Shown: piece after piece, positions 13,457-26,064 of the stretch
Position numbering within the stretch: the first letter of the stretch is position 1
How the letters are laid out: each line of letters starts with the position of its first letter
NCBI GenBank assembly: GCA_030141605.1
Contig: JAQGDQ010000055.1
Span: 248,001 to 312,000 of the forward strand
Direction of reading: 5' to 3'
DNA from: Tubiluchus corallicola
Taxonomy: Eukaryota; Animalia; Priapulida
Length of the DNA stretch: 64,000 nt
Translations under genes and position numbers: made by a program
Notes under the pieces: generated by a model
Seen by the model: the letters and a program-made list of their open reading frames with translations, nothing else
Told to the model about the DNA's origin: nothing
The model's database searches: none

Positions 13457-13597
13457 ACTCAATTTCTACAAAGTATACATAATAAATAATATTTCGTACA
13501 TAAGATGTCGGAAATAGTGCCTTCTGCTAAATCTCTTCTGAATTTTTTGCATGCAAATGAAATATTATTTATTATGTATACTTTGTAGAAATTGAGT
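13457..13597. repeat. Perfect 39-bp inverted repeat with 63-bp spacer
   Basis: ACTCAATTTCTACAAAGTATACATAATAAATAATATTTC (13457-13495) and its exact reverse complement (13559-13597). Confidence 0.9.
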
Positions 13598-14759
13598 GTT
13601 TTTTGGATAAGTTTTGTAAAAACATTTTGTTTGAAGCGGAAATAAATATTACAATTACAATTACAAAAGTTTTGTCTTTTTTCTTAGCTTACAAGGTCCT
13701 AGTGCAGTAATAAAATGTTCATTATTTGCAATTGTTTGCTGCTCCGACATGCCACAAACACAAGGTCCACTATTTAGAAATGACAGTCTGAGAAAAGTCT
13801 CGAAAATTGTCCTGCCCTGTTAAAAACTGATAGCCGATATTTTAATTAGCCACTCAGAAAACAAGCAACGCGAATTAAATCATGCACAAGATTACGCACA
13901 TGGTTCAACGAATCATTTGTTACTGTGATTACCAGATGTATTAAAAGAAAAGCAGAACATGCCAAATTTTAAATTACTGTCACGCCAATGTGAATCAAAT
14001 CTTGTCAGAAGAAGAAAATTAATAAGTAACTCTGTTAAAGAAATTAAACTTAATTGGATAGTAAAGGTTACCTAAAGGCAGCAGGCGTAATTTAACCAAA
14101 GTCTCTCTATTACGCTAGGTGGATCTAATAAAAAGCATTGATTCCAGAAGAATTAGATGAAACATAATGAATAAGGAAATATAATAGAAATGAAGAACGT
14201 TATTCCTTGTTTTGTTTATACGAAAAAAAGTGCTAACAAAATCACTTTAACTGCAATGACCAATAAACGGTTTTCGTGTTACAAATGGGGTTCGTCAAGG
14301 TGGCATTTTATCACCTCTCTTTTTCCATCTATATTAGCAACCGGTAAAAATATTTAGCAAACGTTACTATTTAATTGCACTGTGTAACCGTGTTGTTCAT
14401 AGATTCATTATGCTTTGTTTCGTTGAACCAAAATTCATTTTATAATTAGAATGCGTCTCTGTTCATATTCCTACTTTTGCTAATAAAGTACAAAGAACAA
14501 CTTTTGATATGCATTTTTCTGCAATTTCGTTTAGTTGTAGCGCTGTGTAGATCCTCAGCTTGTACCGTACAGTATATTGTTAAACCGCAATGGCGAGCCA
14601 AAGTGGAAAAAAAAACAGTAAAACAGTGAGCAAACAGGGAAATATTCGCACAAATGACGGGCTTATGAATGGCTTCTTAACAATTCCAGTCACGCAGTCA
14701 GAATTGATTCAATAATATAATCAAACTGCCTGGCAATTTATATTCGCCTTTTCAAGTAA

Positions 14760-14900
14760 TTTAACCAATTACTGACTGCCCAACTAACAATCTTCGCAAC
14801 GTAGTTACGCACGACGGAGTTTTCCAATTATTATTATGCGCACAATCGATCGCGCTTGCGCACTAGCCGGGATGACGGCCGCGGAATCCGTGCGAAGTTT
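14760..14900 (+). promoter_or_regulatory. Putative SLC45 promoter (CpG-rich patch with CCAAT boxes)
   Basis: Local CpG enrichment (GCGCACAATCGATCGCGCTTGCGC...GGCCGCGG) and CCAAT at about 14765 and 14824, about 400 bp upstream of the ATG. Inference only. Confidence 0.35.
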
Positions 14901-15291
14901 ACCTAGAATTTATACAACAGGCACGTAAGATTGCCATCGATGATCGTGCGACAGTGTTGATTTTGGAAGGAATGAAGAGAGATTGTAGGATTGTAGCCAA
15001 GGCTGTCTGTCTTCCTGCCTCTTTCATGTAGCTGCGCGGTGAGGAGACTGCACGAGTTTTCAAGAAATGAGAGAACCGCTGATTGAATCCGCTTCTCCGC
15101 GAGCCGCAGTTACTGTAATTTAGTGTAACGATTAAAGCTTTAAAATTATCATAAGAAGACACGTTTTTAATTTAGCGAAAGAACTGAACTGGTGAAGAAA
15201 GTGCGAGAGGATAAACTATAGGTTTTAAACGGGTTAAACTATTTTTACAAGTTCTGGAGTGTTTATTTGATTGACTCTCAGTGGGTGAGCG

Positions 15292-16861
15292 ATGTCTTTG
15301 GGTGTCATTTATCCCGTTTCAGTGACTGCTCTGAGACAGAGGGTAGCTGCCCTGCAGGCCACGTCGCAAGATGTCGTGGTGAAGACAGCTAAAATCGGGC
15401 AAGAGGCCACGTCCAAACTAAGACATGAAGCCACCACTGCGCTGGATAAAATTGGTGACCTTGTGACTGATCAGTATGACAGAATAACCACCAAAGAGTA
15501 TGAACACTTGACCACTCGGAAGACAGTGCTTCAACTTATTCGATTGAGTGCCGCCGTTTGTGGCATCGAGTTCTGCTATGCTGCCGAGACAGCTTTTGTC
15601 AGTCCAATTCTGCTGAAGTTGGGGGTGCCTGTGTACTTCATGACCTTCATCTGGTGCCTGAGTCCCATGTTGGGCTTCTTCCTCGTACCTCTGCTTGGTT
15701 CAATGAGTGACAGGTGTAGGTCGTTTCTAGGTCGTAGACGCCCGTTTATCTTGCTCCTATCAGTGGGCATCATCATAGGCTTAATTCTGGTTCCGAACGG
15801 GCAGCGGATGGGCGATTTCATTGGTGATAGTTCTATCAATGACAACATAACGAGTCCTGCACCGGTCCAAGCTAATTTCAGCCAAGAAATGTCTTCACTT
15901 ACAAACGTGACAACGGCAACAGATACGTACCAGTATTACAGACACAAACGTGGCGTTGTATTGACTATATTAGGTGTGGTGTTGCTTGACTTCAATGCTG
16001 ACGCAAATCAGTCACCTTGCAGGGCTTACCTTATAGACGTCACAGTCCCCGCTGACCATGCTGCTGGGTTAAGCACCTTTACCATAATGGCTGGGCTTGG
16101 AGGATCAATGGGATATTTACTGGGAGGTATCAACTGGGGCAGTACTTCATTGGGCGAGAATCTGGGAGGGCATGTGCACGTGGTTTTCACGTTGGTGTTG
16201 GTTGTATACATCATCTGCGTCATCGCCACAGTGACGAGTTTCAAAGAGATGCCACTGGATGAAATGGGTGTAGGTGTCGCCCACTTTCAGGGTCGATCGA
16301 AGAGGGTCGGCAGCGGAAAGAAGTTCAAGAAACTAACGAACGAAGACGATGATGAAGATGTTGATGATGAGGACAGTGTTATTGAAGATAAAGACGTTGA
16401 CAAATATCTACAACACACAAATTATGACGCAAGGGAAACCAGTAACAAAGATTTTGAAATGGCTTCACATGGTTACCAGAATTCAGAAACAAACAACCAG
16501 TATAATCTTCCTCAAGTCTCGGGTGCAAATCAGGCAAGTAGCAAAACTAACGTACCGGAAATAATACCGGAAAGAGTATCGATCAAAACTTATCTGAAAT
16601 CGATCATATTTATGCCAAACTCCATGCGTTTTTTGTGTCTGACTAATCTCTTCTGTTGGATGTCATTAGTCTGTTACTCGTTATATTTCACCGATTTCGT
16701 GGGGCAAGCTGTTTTTGGAGGAAACCCGGGTGCCCCGTCTGGCTCCACCTCTCATCTGAGGTACGAACATGGCGTCCGGACAGGTTGTTGGGGCATGGCT
16801 CTGTACTCGGCTTCTTGCTCGTTATACTCATTTCTCATTGAAAGATTGATAAAGCGATTTG
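15292..16861 (+). CDS. SLC45: SLC45-family H+/sugar symporter (MFS; SLC45A/MATP-like), exon 1
   Basis: Motifs GIEFCYAAETAFVSPILL, SDRCRSFLGRRRPFI, LDFNADANQSPCRAYLIDV, YFTDFVGQAVFGG and GVRTGCWGM. Donor TTTG|GTAAGT after 16861, phase 1. Confidence 0.93.
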
Positions 16862-17613
16862 GTAAGTCAATATTTGCATTCCTGCAGATACTGTGCTAAA
16901 GTAAATGTTAGCTATTTAGAGACAGTGCGCTCAGCCATTTTCATGTCCTTCAGGCCATTAGGGCGCATCCAATTTGACAGCTTCATTCATCAGAAGCAAA
17001 TATCTCATCAACAGAGGATTAGTGAGTTTTTGCTATGTTTTAGTAATAATCAAGTGGGAGTTTTATTTCAGAATTTGTAGAAACGTTAGAATTTGTTGTA
17101 AAAATTAGGAGAAAAATAATGTAACAAATGTAGTAGCCCAACAGTGCAAAAGAACTGTCATTATCAAGCCTTTCACAAGACTAGATAAAAATTAGTACTT
17201 TAATCGTGTGTTATCGTTTCTTAGTACTACTGTAATAACAAGAAGTCATATTCAAGAAAGTTCTGTACAAGAATATGCTCCAGATTTTTAATTAAATATG
17301 GCAACATGTTCTGAAAATTAGGGAATGAGATGTATTTGACATGTCTTGTACAGTCAAACTCTCTAATACATGACAAATACAATTGTCGCAGACTCATGAT
17401 AACTGTGCAGATATCAACATTACACAGACTGAGTCATATTAATTGCTAGTTTTTGATGAAAAGTTATAGGCAAGAGTCGTATTTTTGCGTTTTCGGTTAG
17501 GTGCACCTTGACCGATTCGATTATGGATCACGAATATGTCTTTAACAAACTAACAAACCAATTGTGTTCTATATTACGAAAATTTGCTTATAATTGACTT
17601 TGTGGTTCGAAAA

Positions 17614-18009
17614 TAAGCCCTTTCACGGTTCCAGCGATTGATGGTGATCTTGAAAAGGTCAAAGGTTAAGCGTACCAGGCAACGCATTAAATACGTACAG
17701 TTGACAACGGCTCGTAGCCCAAGCTGTTGTAACAATAACAGGTTTAACATGTTATAACAGCTGGCTAGATCTTACCTAGTTCATTTTTTGCAGTTCCCAA
17801 GGAAAATTCTGCTAGTAAATCACTCTACGCACAGACTGGTGCACAATTAAGTAAAATCCACGTAAAACAATTGAAGTTGTTGAACTGACAAGGCTTTGCT
17901 TTACCAACACGTCATGTGGCAGTTGTAGTTAAGACGCGTTGCTGTGATACACTTAACTTTTGACCTATATCAACTGAGCGTGCGCATAGCGAAACTGTGA
18001 AAGGGCTGA
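17614..18009. mobile_element. MITE, uninterrupted copy of the 2957-4502 family
   Basis: TAAGCCCTTTCACGGTTCC ... GAAACTGTGAAAGGGCTGA TIRs. Confidence 0.75.
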
Positions 18010-18984
18010 TAATTTCAACGTTGGCTTACAAACCCCCCTGAATTTTTTTTAAAATGACCTTGTACTGGATCCTTGACCTGGGATTTATATTGTGTAATCG
18101 ACCATAACTTTATAATGACTTTTCGCATGTTTAGATATTTTGCGCCGCTAGTTGTTCCACTCTTTCTTCTGCACTGCACTTAATGCAGCTTTAGTGAAAT
18201 AACACAGATCCAAACTCCCAGTTGTTATTATCATTCTTGAACGTGCGCAAATTTTAAATTGCCGCTCGGATTTATAGACTTGCCAAACTAAATACGGAAA
18301 TATGATTACGTCACAGGTGAAGCCGGGCGTATCAAATCTTCAAGCATGGCTCCAGGACAGGGTTGCAGCTTAATTTCAAGGGGGTAGCTTAAATTGAAGC
18401 TGAAATTGCATAAATTGATTTACTGTTCACGTGGTTGCTAAATTAGATCCAATTTTTTTGTCTCGTATGGTCTTTTTAATTGAACGCCCGATACACTACA
18501 TTTGAATCCGCTTTGCCTGGTTTAAATACCGATTTCTCCTGGGACCTATGTGTTTGTATGAAAACGATATTGGTTTTACATTGGACGTTGTTCATGTTTG
18601 CCTTCGCTTTAGCAGGATAATCGAATTCGACCTGCTGAATTCACAACTGAGTTCGTTTTGTGTTGATAGAATCGCGCTTTGCAGACGATTTTGTCATAAA
18701 TGTCAAAATAACGTGAAAGAAACATCGCACCCAAGGCGATAACTCTTTCCCTCGCTTGGCGTGAGAAGCAAACAATAAGCCTCGGCGTGAATGGACGTCC
18801 AACATGCTAATGTTTGCAGATAATTAATGAACTGAATGCAGGTAATGACTCCTGATAAATTAAAACTGAATAATGTCAGCAAACTGGCTCATTAAATCGC
18901 TGCAATTTCGCATTGTGAAATTCGAACGGAAATTGCTTCTGGAAATTTTTTCTGACTAAATTCCCTGCATGCGACATCTTTAAA

Positions 18985-19440
18985 CCAAAACCGGACCTAA
19001 TCTTAAACTGTAGGTCAAAACAATCTACTCTTTAAAATATTGAAAGGAAACCTACTATTTTTTCAAAAATGACTTACGTTTAAGAATTATTACCACACAA
19101 ACAAAATTTCACGTACGCGCCACTAGTTGTTCGCTGTTACAAGCATTCGCCATTCGTTGGTTACACAGGCACTAGCGCCTGCATTTCGAAAACAAGTTTT
19201 GCACAAAAACAGGTGCTGTACCTCTCAATTCAGATGTGTTAATTTGTGACGAACTGCACATGTTCGGCAGCTCAGTCGTGAGCACAGCGATAAATTTGAA
19301 ATTTGAATTTATTAATTAAGTTTCTATTCTATTATTGAATTATCAGAAATGCTTTTGCAGCATCAATTGCGTTAAAATGTATAATTTTTATCGGACTTGA
19401 AAATGGGGTAGTATATGAAAAATCGCCCCTTTTCCTTTAA
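18985..19440 (+). mobile_element. Dispersed repeat family A copy 2 (Kolobok-like end CCT|TTAA)
   Basis: Similarity to 9778-10408; ends TTTCCT|TTAA at 19436-19440. Confidence 0.7.
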
Positions 19441-20419
19441 GATTTGTGGATATATTTTCAAAAATTCTTTCCAATACTCAAATGCCAGAAACTATATTAC
19501 GTAATTTTATTTGTAAATGCATTATATGCATGAAGTTTTGATCACGATATTAAAAGAAAGAATAACAGGGAATCGCTTGAAAATCACCGCACGCTGTTAC
19601 ACACGCATGAGTATAAACACAAAAATTTTACGTCATTCCGTTAAATTTTTCCAAAGATACAGATGTTTTAAAACAAAAGACAAAAAATAAATGGTGGAAT
19701 AAATTTTGCCCCAAATTTATAAACTTACAGCAAGTGTTAAACCCACATTTTTCTTGACAACAAATTTTAATCTATGCTTTAGTTTCTGTGGTGAAGATCA
19801 TGATGCAAACTAGTTCATTTATTTATTGGTTTGCTGCCATGAATTGAGTGTTTTTACGTGAACATGGCTGTTTTTCAAATTTAGATTAGCCGACATTAAT
19901 TGTGGTGGCATTTAATTTTTTTAATATGCAAAAGTTCTTCGGCTATAACACTACTAAAACTCTAATCTTGTGACTTTCGCAGCGAAACATTAATGCTGCG
20001 CTGTGAAATTTCTACATTGTAGAGTGCTAATATTATTGTAGTTTAAATTTCGTCACATTTTTCTGCGCCACCCGATATATGTCAATATTCCGCAGTGAAA
20101 CCCTGAAGGCAGCCTCAGATTGCAGTTAATTTGAAATTACTATGTAGAGTGTCATGATGGATGGAGTGCCCAAGTTTGTAATCCCTTGTCCGGGCTGTTA
20201 ATGAGAAAGAGAGGTTTCCGGGGACGTCTCGTTGCGCCTCTCTCTCTCCCTAATCTGTGGGATTATGTTAACTTCCATGCAAAATCATATGCAGTAACAG
20301 AACAGTAAAATATATCCTGCGTAGAAAATAAAAATCAATATTAGCATCAGTGAACTAGTCGAAACACATAAAGAAACTTAAAGCGGAAGAAAGGGCAATT
20401 CTTAAAGTTGTACCAAAAG

Positions 20420-20980
20420 ATGCAAAGTTATATGCCTCAGCATTAGGCTTAACTGCTTGAAAGACTTATGTAACTAGTTCACGCAACCTGGTTAAACGAC
20501 ACACACTTACCTTCCCAGTGATTCACAAAAAATCGTATTTTTTGTCTTATTGCTAAAATAAAGTAATTTAAACTTTGATTAGTTAGCGAAGAGTGTGCTA
20601 CGAATGCTCTGATAACTTTTTCAAACTTTACACAATGTTATCTAAGGTTGTTTCAAGCGGCTTGCCGTTAAAATGGCTGCGCCTAACGAGGCAATCACGT
20701 GAGTTTTATTCACAAGTTTTATACAGCGTTACTGGCGACTCAAGCCCTGCACGCAAAAAGGCAGCATGTAAGTGGTATAAAATTCCAAGACGAATTTTTA
20801 AGCTTTATGTAAGTTGGGGAACAGCGGAACTAGTTGTGACATTTAACTTAGGTACATTTATAGCAGAAGTAGTAACAGAAACGAATTACGTGCTATAGTC
20901 AGAGCTTAAAATGTAGCCAATTGCCGAGAAACAAAAATCAGTTAGATCGACTGGAAAGTCTGTTCATTTTAATGCTGTAT
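20420..20980 (+). mobile_element. Dispersed repeat family B copy 2
   Basis: Similar to 11688-12232; shares an additional 3' block (GAACTAG...CATTTTAATGCTGT) with 24850-24985. Confidence 0.65.
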
Positions 20981-21392
20981 TAATGCTTTAAAGCCTTTAC
21001 AAGAGTGTGATATCAAGAATCAAGGTTTTTAATGGTAGTGAAACTTGTTGCACATGTTAATTTTGCACTGCTCTTTGTATAAAATTATCTTTGCCCTAAA
21101 ATTTACATCATGCGCAACTCTTCTCCTGAGTTTTCTAGATTGCATCTTGTTAGTCTAGTTGTTCCACTTTAACATTCTGGTTGGATCTATTTATTATTTC
21201 TCTGCGAATCTCAAAACAGAAAACGTGCCACTAATCCTAATTTGTATATTTTACCTGAATTCTTACGCTGTCATGCAGTAATATGGGGTAGTGAATGGCA
21301 CCTCGTTTTTCTTGATCAATAACTTTCTTGTGATAATGGACAACAGCGTTATTAACTGAATGATGATCATATTGAGTTTCTTTTATTTGCAG

Positions 21393-21568
21393 GGGCTAGA
21401 AAGGTTTACATATGTAGTCAGCTAGTATACACAGTTGGTGCCATGATAATGGCGGCTAGTAGAAATGTCTACATAGTCACAATTCTGTCTTGTTCAGCTG
21501 GTGTTATGTACGCTACATTGTTTACCATGCCGTATCTTCTTATAGCACAGTATCATTGCAATAACACG
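21393..21568 (+). CDS. SLC45: SLC45-family symporter, exon 2
   Basis: Acceptor TTTGCAG ends at 21392. Encodes (G)ARKVYICSQLVYTVGAMIMAASRNVYIVTILSCSAGVMYATLFTMPYLLIAQYHCNNT; donor ACG|GTATGT, phase 0. Not in the ORF track. Confidence 0.88.
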
Positions 21569-21689
21569 GTATGTAACTGTATCTCAGTTTGTTTTTCCTT
21601 ATAATGTTGTCTGTCTTACTAAGCATAGCGTTACTTAATACGACTTTTCTTTTTGACCAATGCATGATTTTGTACCTTGCTATTCCACT

Positions 21690-22153
21690 CATACTATGCA
21701 CCACAACACACCAAACTACACCTCACCACAGCATTTTGCACCGTATCGTACTGTACAATTCCGTACCTTGCCATTCCATGTCGTGCTGTACTGTGCCATA
21801 TAGTGCCATACTATACCATGCAGAACCATACCGTACTATGCAATACCACAGTGTACAATAAGGTACCATACCGTACCATGCAGTACCATGGTATACCATG
21901 CCGTATCATAGTGAATGATACCATACCATTCTACACCATACCATACCACATCATGTAATATCATACCATACCATACTATACCATACCATGCCATACCGTA
22001 CATTACCGTTCCGTACTGTACCGTACTGTACTGTAAAATACATACCATACCATACCATACCATACCATACCATACCATACCATACCATACCATACCATAC
22101 CATACCATACCATACCATACCATACCATACCATACCATACCATACCATACCAT
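21690..22153. repeat. (CATAC)n pentanucleotide satellite, degenerate 5' part and perfect 3' part
   Basis: Perfect CATAC array at 22041-22153 grading into diverged copies upstream. Confidence 0.95.
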
Positions 22154-22567
22154 GGCATATCATTCTGCGATTTTTAACTGACTTTTAGAATATGTTGGTT
22201 GTTTCATACATCTTCAGTTAACTTAGCTAACTCCATAATACCAATGGGTTCGATGTCTTTAAATGCTTCTTTATCGCCTCCTGCGTCTTTAAATTGTTTC
22301 TAATGTTTTAATATGGCTTCGCACGTCTTCAAGTGGCTTCACATGGTTTCAAACGTCATCAGAAGACTTCCTGACGAAAAATATAACACCAGTTAATGAA
22401 GTAACAACGTAAAGTAACGTTTATTTAGCGCCCATCATCTTATAACAATGTTTTCACGAAAAATCTCAGCAATGTTTAGCACCAACACTGATTTAATTTC
22501 ACCCAGTAGCTGAACTGAATCTACCTACACAACTGCAATCTACTTACATTTTTTTTATTTTTCACAG

Positions 22568-22795
22568 CACCAGCAGTTGATTGATGGAGAAACGAACGAG
22601 CAGCAGATCAGAGGGATTGGAACCGATGTAGCCATTGTCAGCAGCATGGTGTTCTTGGCGCAGTTCATACTCTCCGCCGCCATGGGCAGTATAGTGCACG
22701 CCACGGGTACAACTGCAGCCGTCATGGTCTGCGCAAGCGTACTAAGCTTCTGTGGTGCAGTGAGCGCCACCCAAGTGCTGTATGTCGACTTGTGA
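22568..22795 (+). CDS. SLC45: SLC45-family symporter, terminal exon
   Basis: Acceptor TTTTCACAG, then HQQLIDGETNEQQIRGIGTDVAIVSSMVFLAQ...VLYVDL*; RGxGxD is the SLC45 C-terminal motif. Confidence 0.9.
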   Translation, partial: HQQLIDGETNEQQIRGIGTDVAIVSSMVFLAQFILSAAMGSIVHATGTTAAVMVCASVLSFCGAVSATQVLYVDL

Positions 22796-23577
22796 TTCGC
22801 CATTTTGCACTGCTGATTATTCGAAAGACTTGAAAATTTATTGAAATTTTCACTGCTTAGTGAAACTATTTAGCACATAACAGTTTTTGAGCTCTAAAAG
22901 AGACTTTATCAGTGCTTAAAAATCATAATTAAGAAATTGTTCTTAGTCCTAAAATAATGGCAGTCTTTTACTGCGGTGCTGATAATTAAATCAACGTTTC
23001 ATAAAGGATTAACTGTTAGTGCTTTTAAAAGAGTGACGCTGTTGCCAGATTCAAGATGCTTAAACGTAATCATCTATTAATTCTAATTAATCTGTCATAA
23101 ACGTCTGATCTTTTAATGGAATGGCGCATGAATAAAATGAGAGGTAAAGGGACGTTTGAAAGAGACGCGCATGTTATGCGGAGACATTCAGAAGGGCTTC
23201 TCCAATATGCAAATTATAAACACATAATGTTTAGTTAGCTTGTTTCTCTAGTCAATCAAATGCTCCAGAGTAAATAAGTCGGTCTCTGGAGGGTTAGTGA
23301 AAAGCCATTTAATATGGCGGGTAGTTATAGAACTTATATCGTGGTTATTTTTGTTACTGCAGCAGTCTAGTAACTAACTTGTATTCCTGTCCATAGCAAT
23401 AAATTTTCGTTCTACGACAACATTTAGTGGCACCTTGTTTTTGTCAGCAAAGGCAAGTACTTTTCTTTTGTCTGGCTCACTGTCCCTTTCCCATTTTAGC
23501 TTCACCGTCTCCGTTTATAAAGTTTATTGGCTACAGTTTACATTTTCCCACACACAAGAAATTAGTTCGTGAAGCGA

Positions 23578-23643
23578 ATTAGGATTATGATTAGGGTTGA
23601 GTTAGGATTAGGGTTGGGTTATGATTAGGGTTAGAGTTAGGGT
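23578..23643 (+). repeat. Degenerate TTAGGG-like tract
   Basis: ttaggattatgattagggttgagttaggattagggttgggttatgattagggttagagttagggt. Confidence 0.7.
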
Positions 23644-24324
23644 ATTTAAATTGTGTGGGGAGTTGTTGACTCCTTCCAGTTTATTAATAGTAAAACAGAA
23701 AAATATTCAGTATTCTGCCAACTTCTTCAAAAGCCATCCAAAGATGTCAGTAAATGTGAAATAAAATCATGTCACGCCAGCTCTGCAACTGTTGTCACAG
23801 AGAATTTGTTACTTTTGTGAACTGTTTACAATATTCAAATATCACTTTATGATTGCTCTGGAGAATTAGCACCAGTGAATTGTTAACAGGAAAATTCGTA
23901 ACAAACTGCGCTAATTGCTTTAATTATTGTTGCACATGTCCTAAAAGCTAAATAATCAAAATAGAAGTGAAAACCGAATATTAGTGAAAAGTGTAACACT
24001 TTATTTACAAGTAAGTCGAAGTTGCAAATGGTGCTATACATAGCATGATTCTACAATTACCAGAACTTTGCAAATTCAAAAAGAATATACATTGGATTCT
24101 GGTAAATGTGCCTGTACTCCTAGACGAAATTCGAACGTTTCCCATTTTTGGATGCCGTAAATTACAATGAGTAGAGCTATTTTCTACTATTTATAGCTAA
24201 ACCCATCTAGTTATTGACCTAATTTAAAGGACAAGACAAGAGGTACCTGAAGTAGATTTCAGAAAAATCGCCTCGCCTTAAAAATTATATTACTTTACAG
24301 CATTTTTATTTTTTGTTTGTTTTC

Positions 24325-24985
24325 AGTTAAAATTCCCGCACAACTGTTCGGACGGCGCCATTACATAACGTCAGCTACGCAAACGTAAATCAGGGGAAGA
24401 AAAAACAATGTTAAATTATGTTCCAAAAAACTTTCCATACGAATCTATGTTACTTAGCATTTCGCTTACCTGCTGGAAAGACTTATGTAGCTATAAATAA
24501 TAATTCAAACTGTTCGTGCCAATTGGTAAAATGTCGTTGGATCACCCTCCAGGGTACGTCACTCACTAACCGAAAACGTATTTTTAATCTTATGACAAGA
24601 TGCAGTAATTTAAAATTTTACTTAGTTTGTAACTTGTATGCTACGCATGCTATTATTATTTTTCAAACTATTATTATTTTTCAAACATTTTTCAAAGTAA
24701 CGTTATATAAACTACGTACCATTAAAATGCCTGCGCCTGACGGTCATCGCGTTTAAATTACAAATTTTATACAGCGTTACTGCCGACGCAAGCCCTGCAT
24801 GCAAAAAGGCAGTACGTAAGTGACTAGCAGTAGCATTATTAGTGACTAGCAGAACTAGTAGTGACATTTAACTTAGGTATATTTATAGCAGAAGTAGTAA
24901 CAGAAACGAATTATGTTCTATAATCAGAACCGAGAAACAAAAATCAGTTAGATCGACTGTCAAGTCTGTTCATTTTAATGCTGTC
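24325..24985 (+). mobile_element. Dispersed repeat family B copy 3
   Basis: Collinear with 11688-12232 and 20420-20980. Confidence 0.7.
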
Positions 24986-25314
24986 TTACCATATTGACAT
25001 GTTTTTTTTGATACGCAATAGTTCAAACAACGTGTAGCCAGTGTGCTGAAAGTGTTTTGTTACTATGTAACTTGAAGGTTTCGTTACATTTTTTAGACAT
25101 TTACATGACTAATCCAACTTCTCAATGAAGACAGGATTGCTTAACTATCGCATAATGCAGCGAGACTACATACAAATGCACATGTTGACTACAGAATATC
25201 ATAAAGTATTTACAATTATATTTTACAATTATAAGTAGAACAACAATTTTATTCTCAAAGACAAGATTCTAAATAGACGTCACTCGGTTGATTTTTTGAC
25301 CTTTTAGTCGGCTG

Positions 25315-25316
25315 TG

Positions 25317-25355
<39 letters not shown>

Positions 25356-25385
25356 TTCACACATTCACACACACACACACACACA

Positions 25386-25465
<80 letters not shown>
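25315..25465. repeat. Compound (CT)n(CA)n(CACG)n(CA)n microsatellite
   Basis: Directly visible. Confidence 0.95.
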
Positions 25466-25466
<1 letters not shown>

Positions 25467-26064
25467 CCCCTTTCTCTGCTCAATATAAAGTTTTAATTTC
25501 AATGCTTGCCGAATTTTGCATAACCAAAGAAAGCAGGAAAACAGTTTCAATCTTTTTTGTTTTATTCAGGATACTAGAGCCTGTATTGATGTTTGCAGTA
25601 TTGGTAGTACAGACAAAGACTTGAGAAGGCTGAAAAGGTCTCTTTCTTTAGAGCAACCTTTCCAAGGCTGTTCCACAAGCCAGCAGTTTTCAGATAATTG
25701 ATAAACTCGTCTTTATGTCACGCGTACTTTCAGATTAATTCAATTACCTTCAATGATGGAGTCTTTAATAGGATTCACTAAAGAAGACTTTCTAATGTGA
25801 GAAACCTCAGAAAGTAACGAAAACGCCATTCTGCATTGATTCACGCATTCCCCTAACGACAGTTCGTTAAGGTGTTTAGACATTAATTAAGAAAACACGA
25901 TGAACAATGGAAGAAAAAATTTTTCTGGAAGATTTTTCTTTACAAATTGTTAAAATGGGCAACAAAAACATTTTTGCTTTGCACAGTTTCGTTATCACTG
26001 GAATTGAATTCTCCTAAATGTCAGTATCATTGAGACTACTGCCAGCTATTATTATTTGGTTTGA

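Noticed and set aside
15576-16841. Antisense and alternative-frame ORFs over SLC45, TRPN, LINE and Gag sequences
   Set aside because: Shadow ORFs of real coding sequence with no independent motifs.
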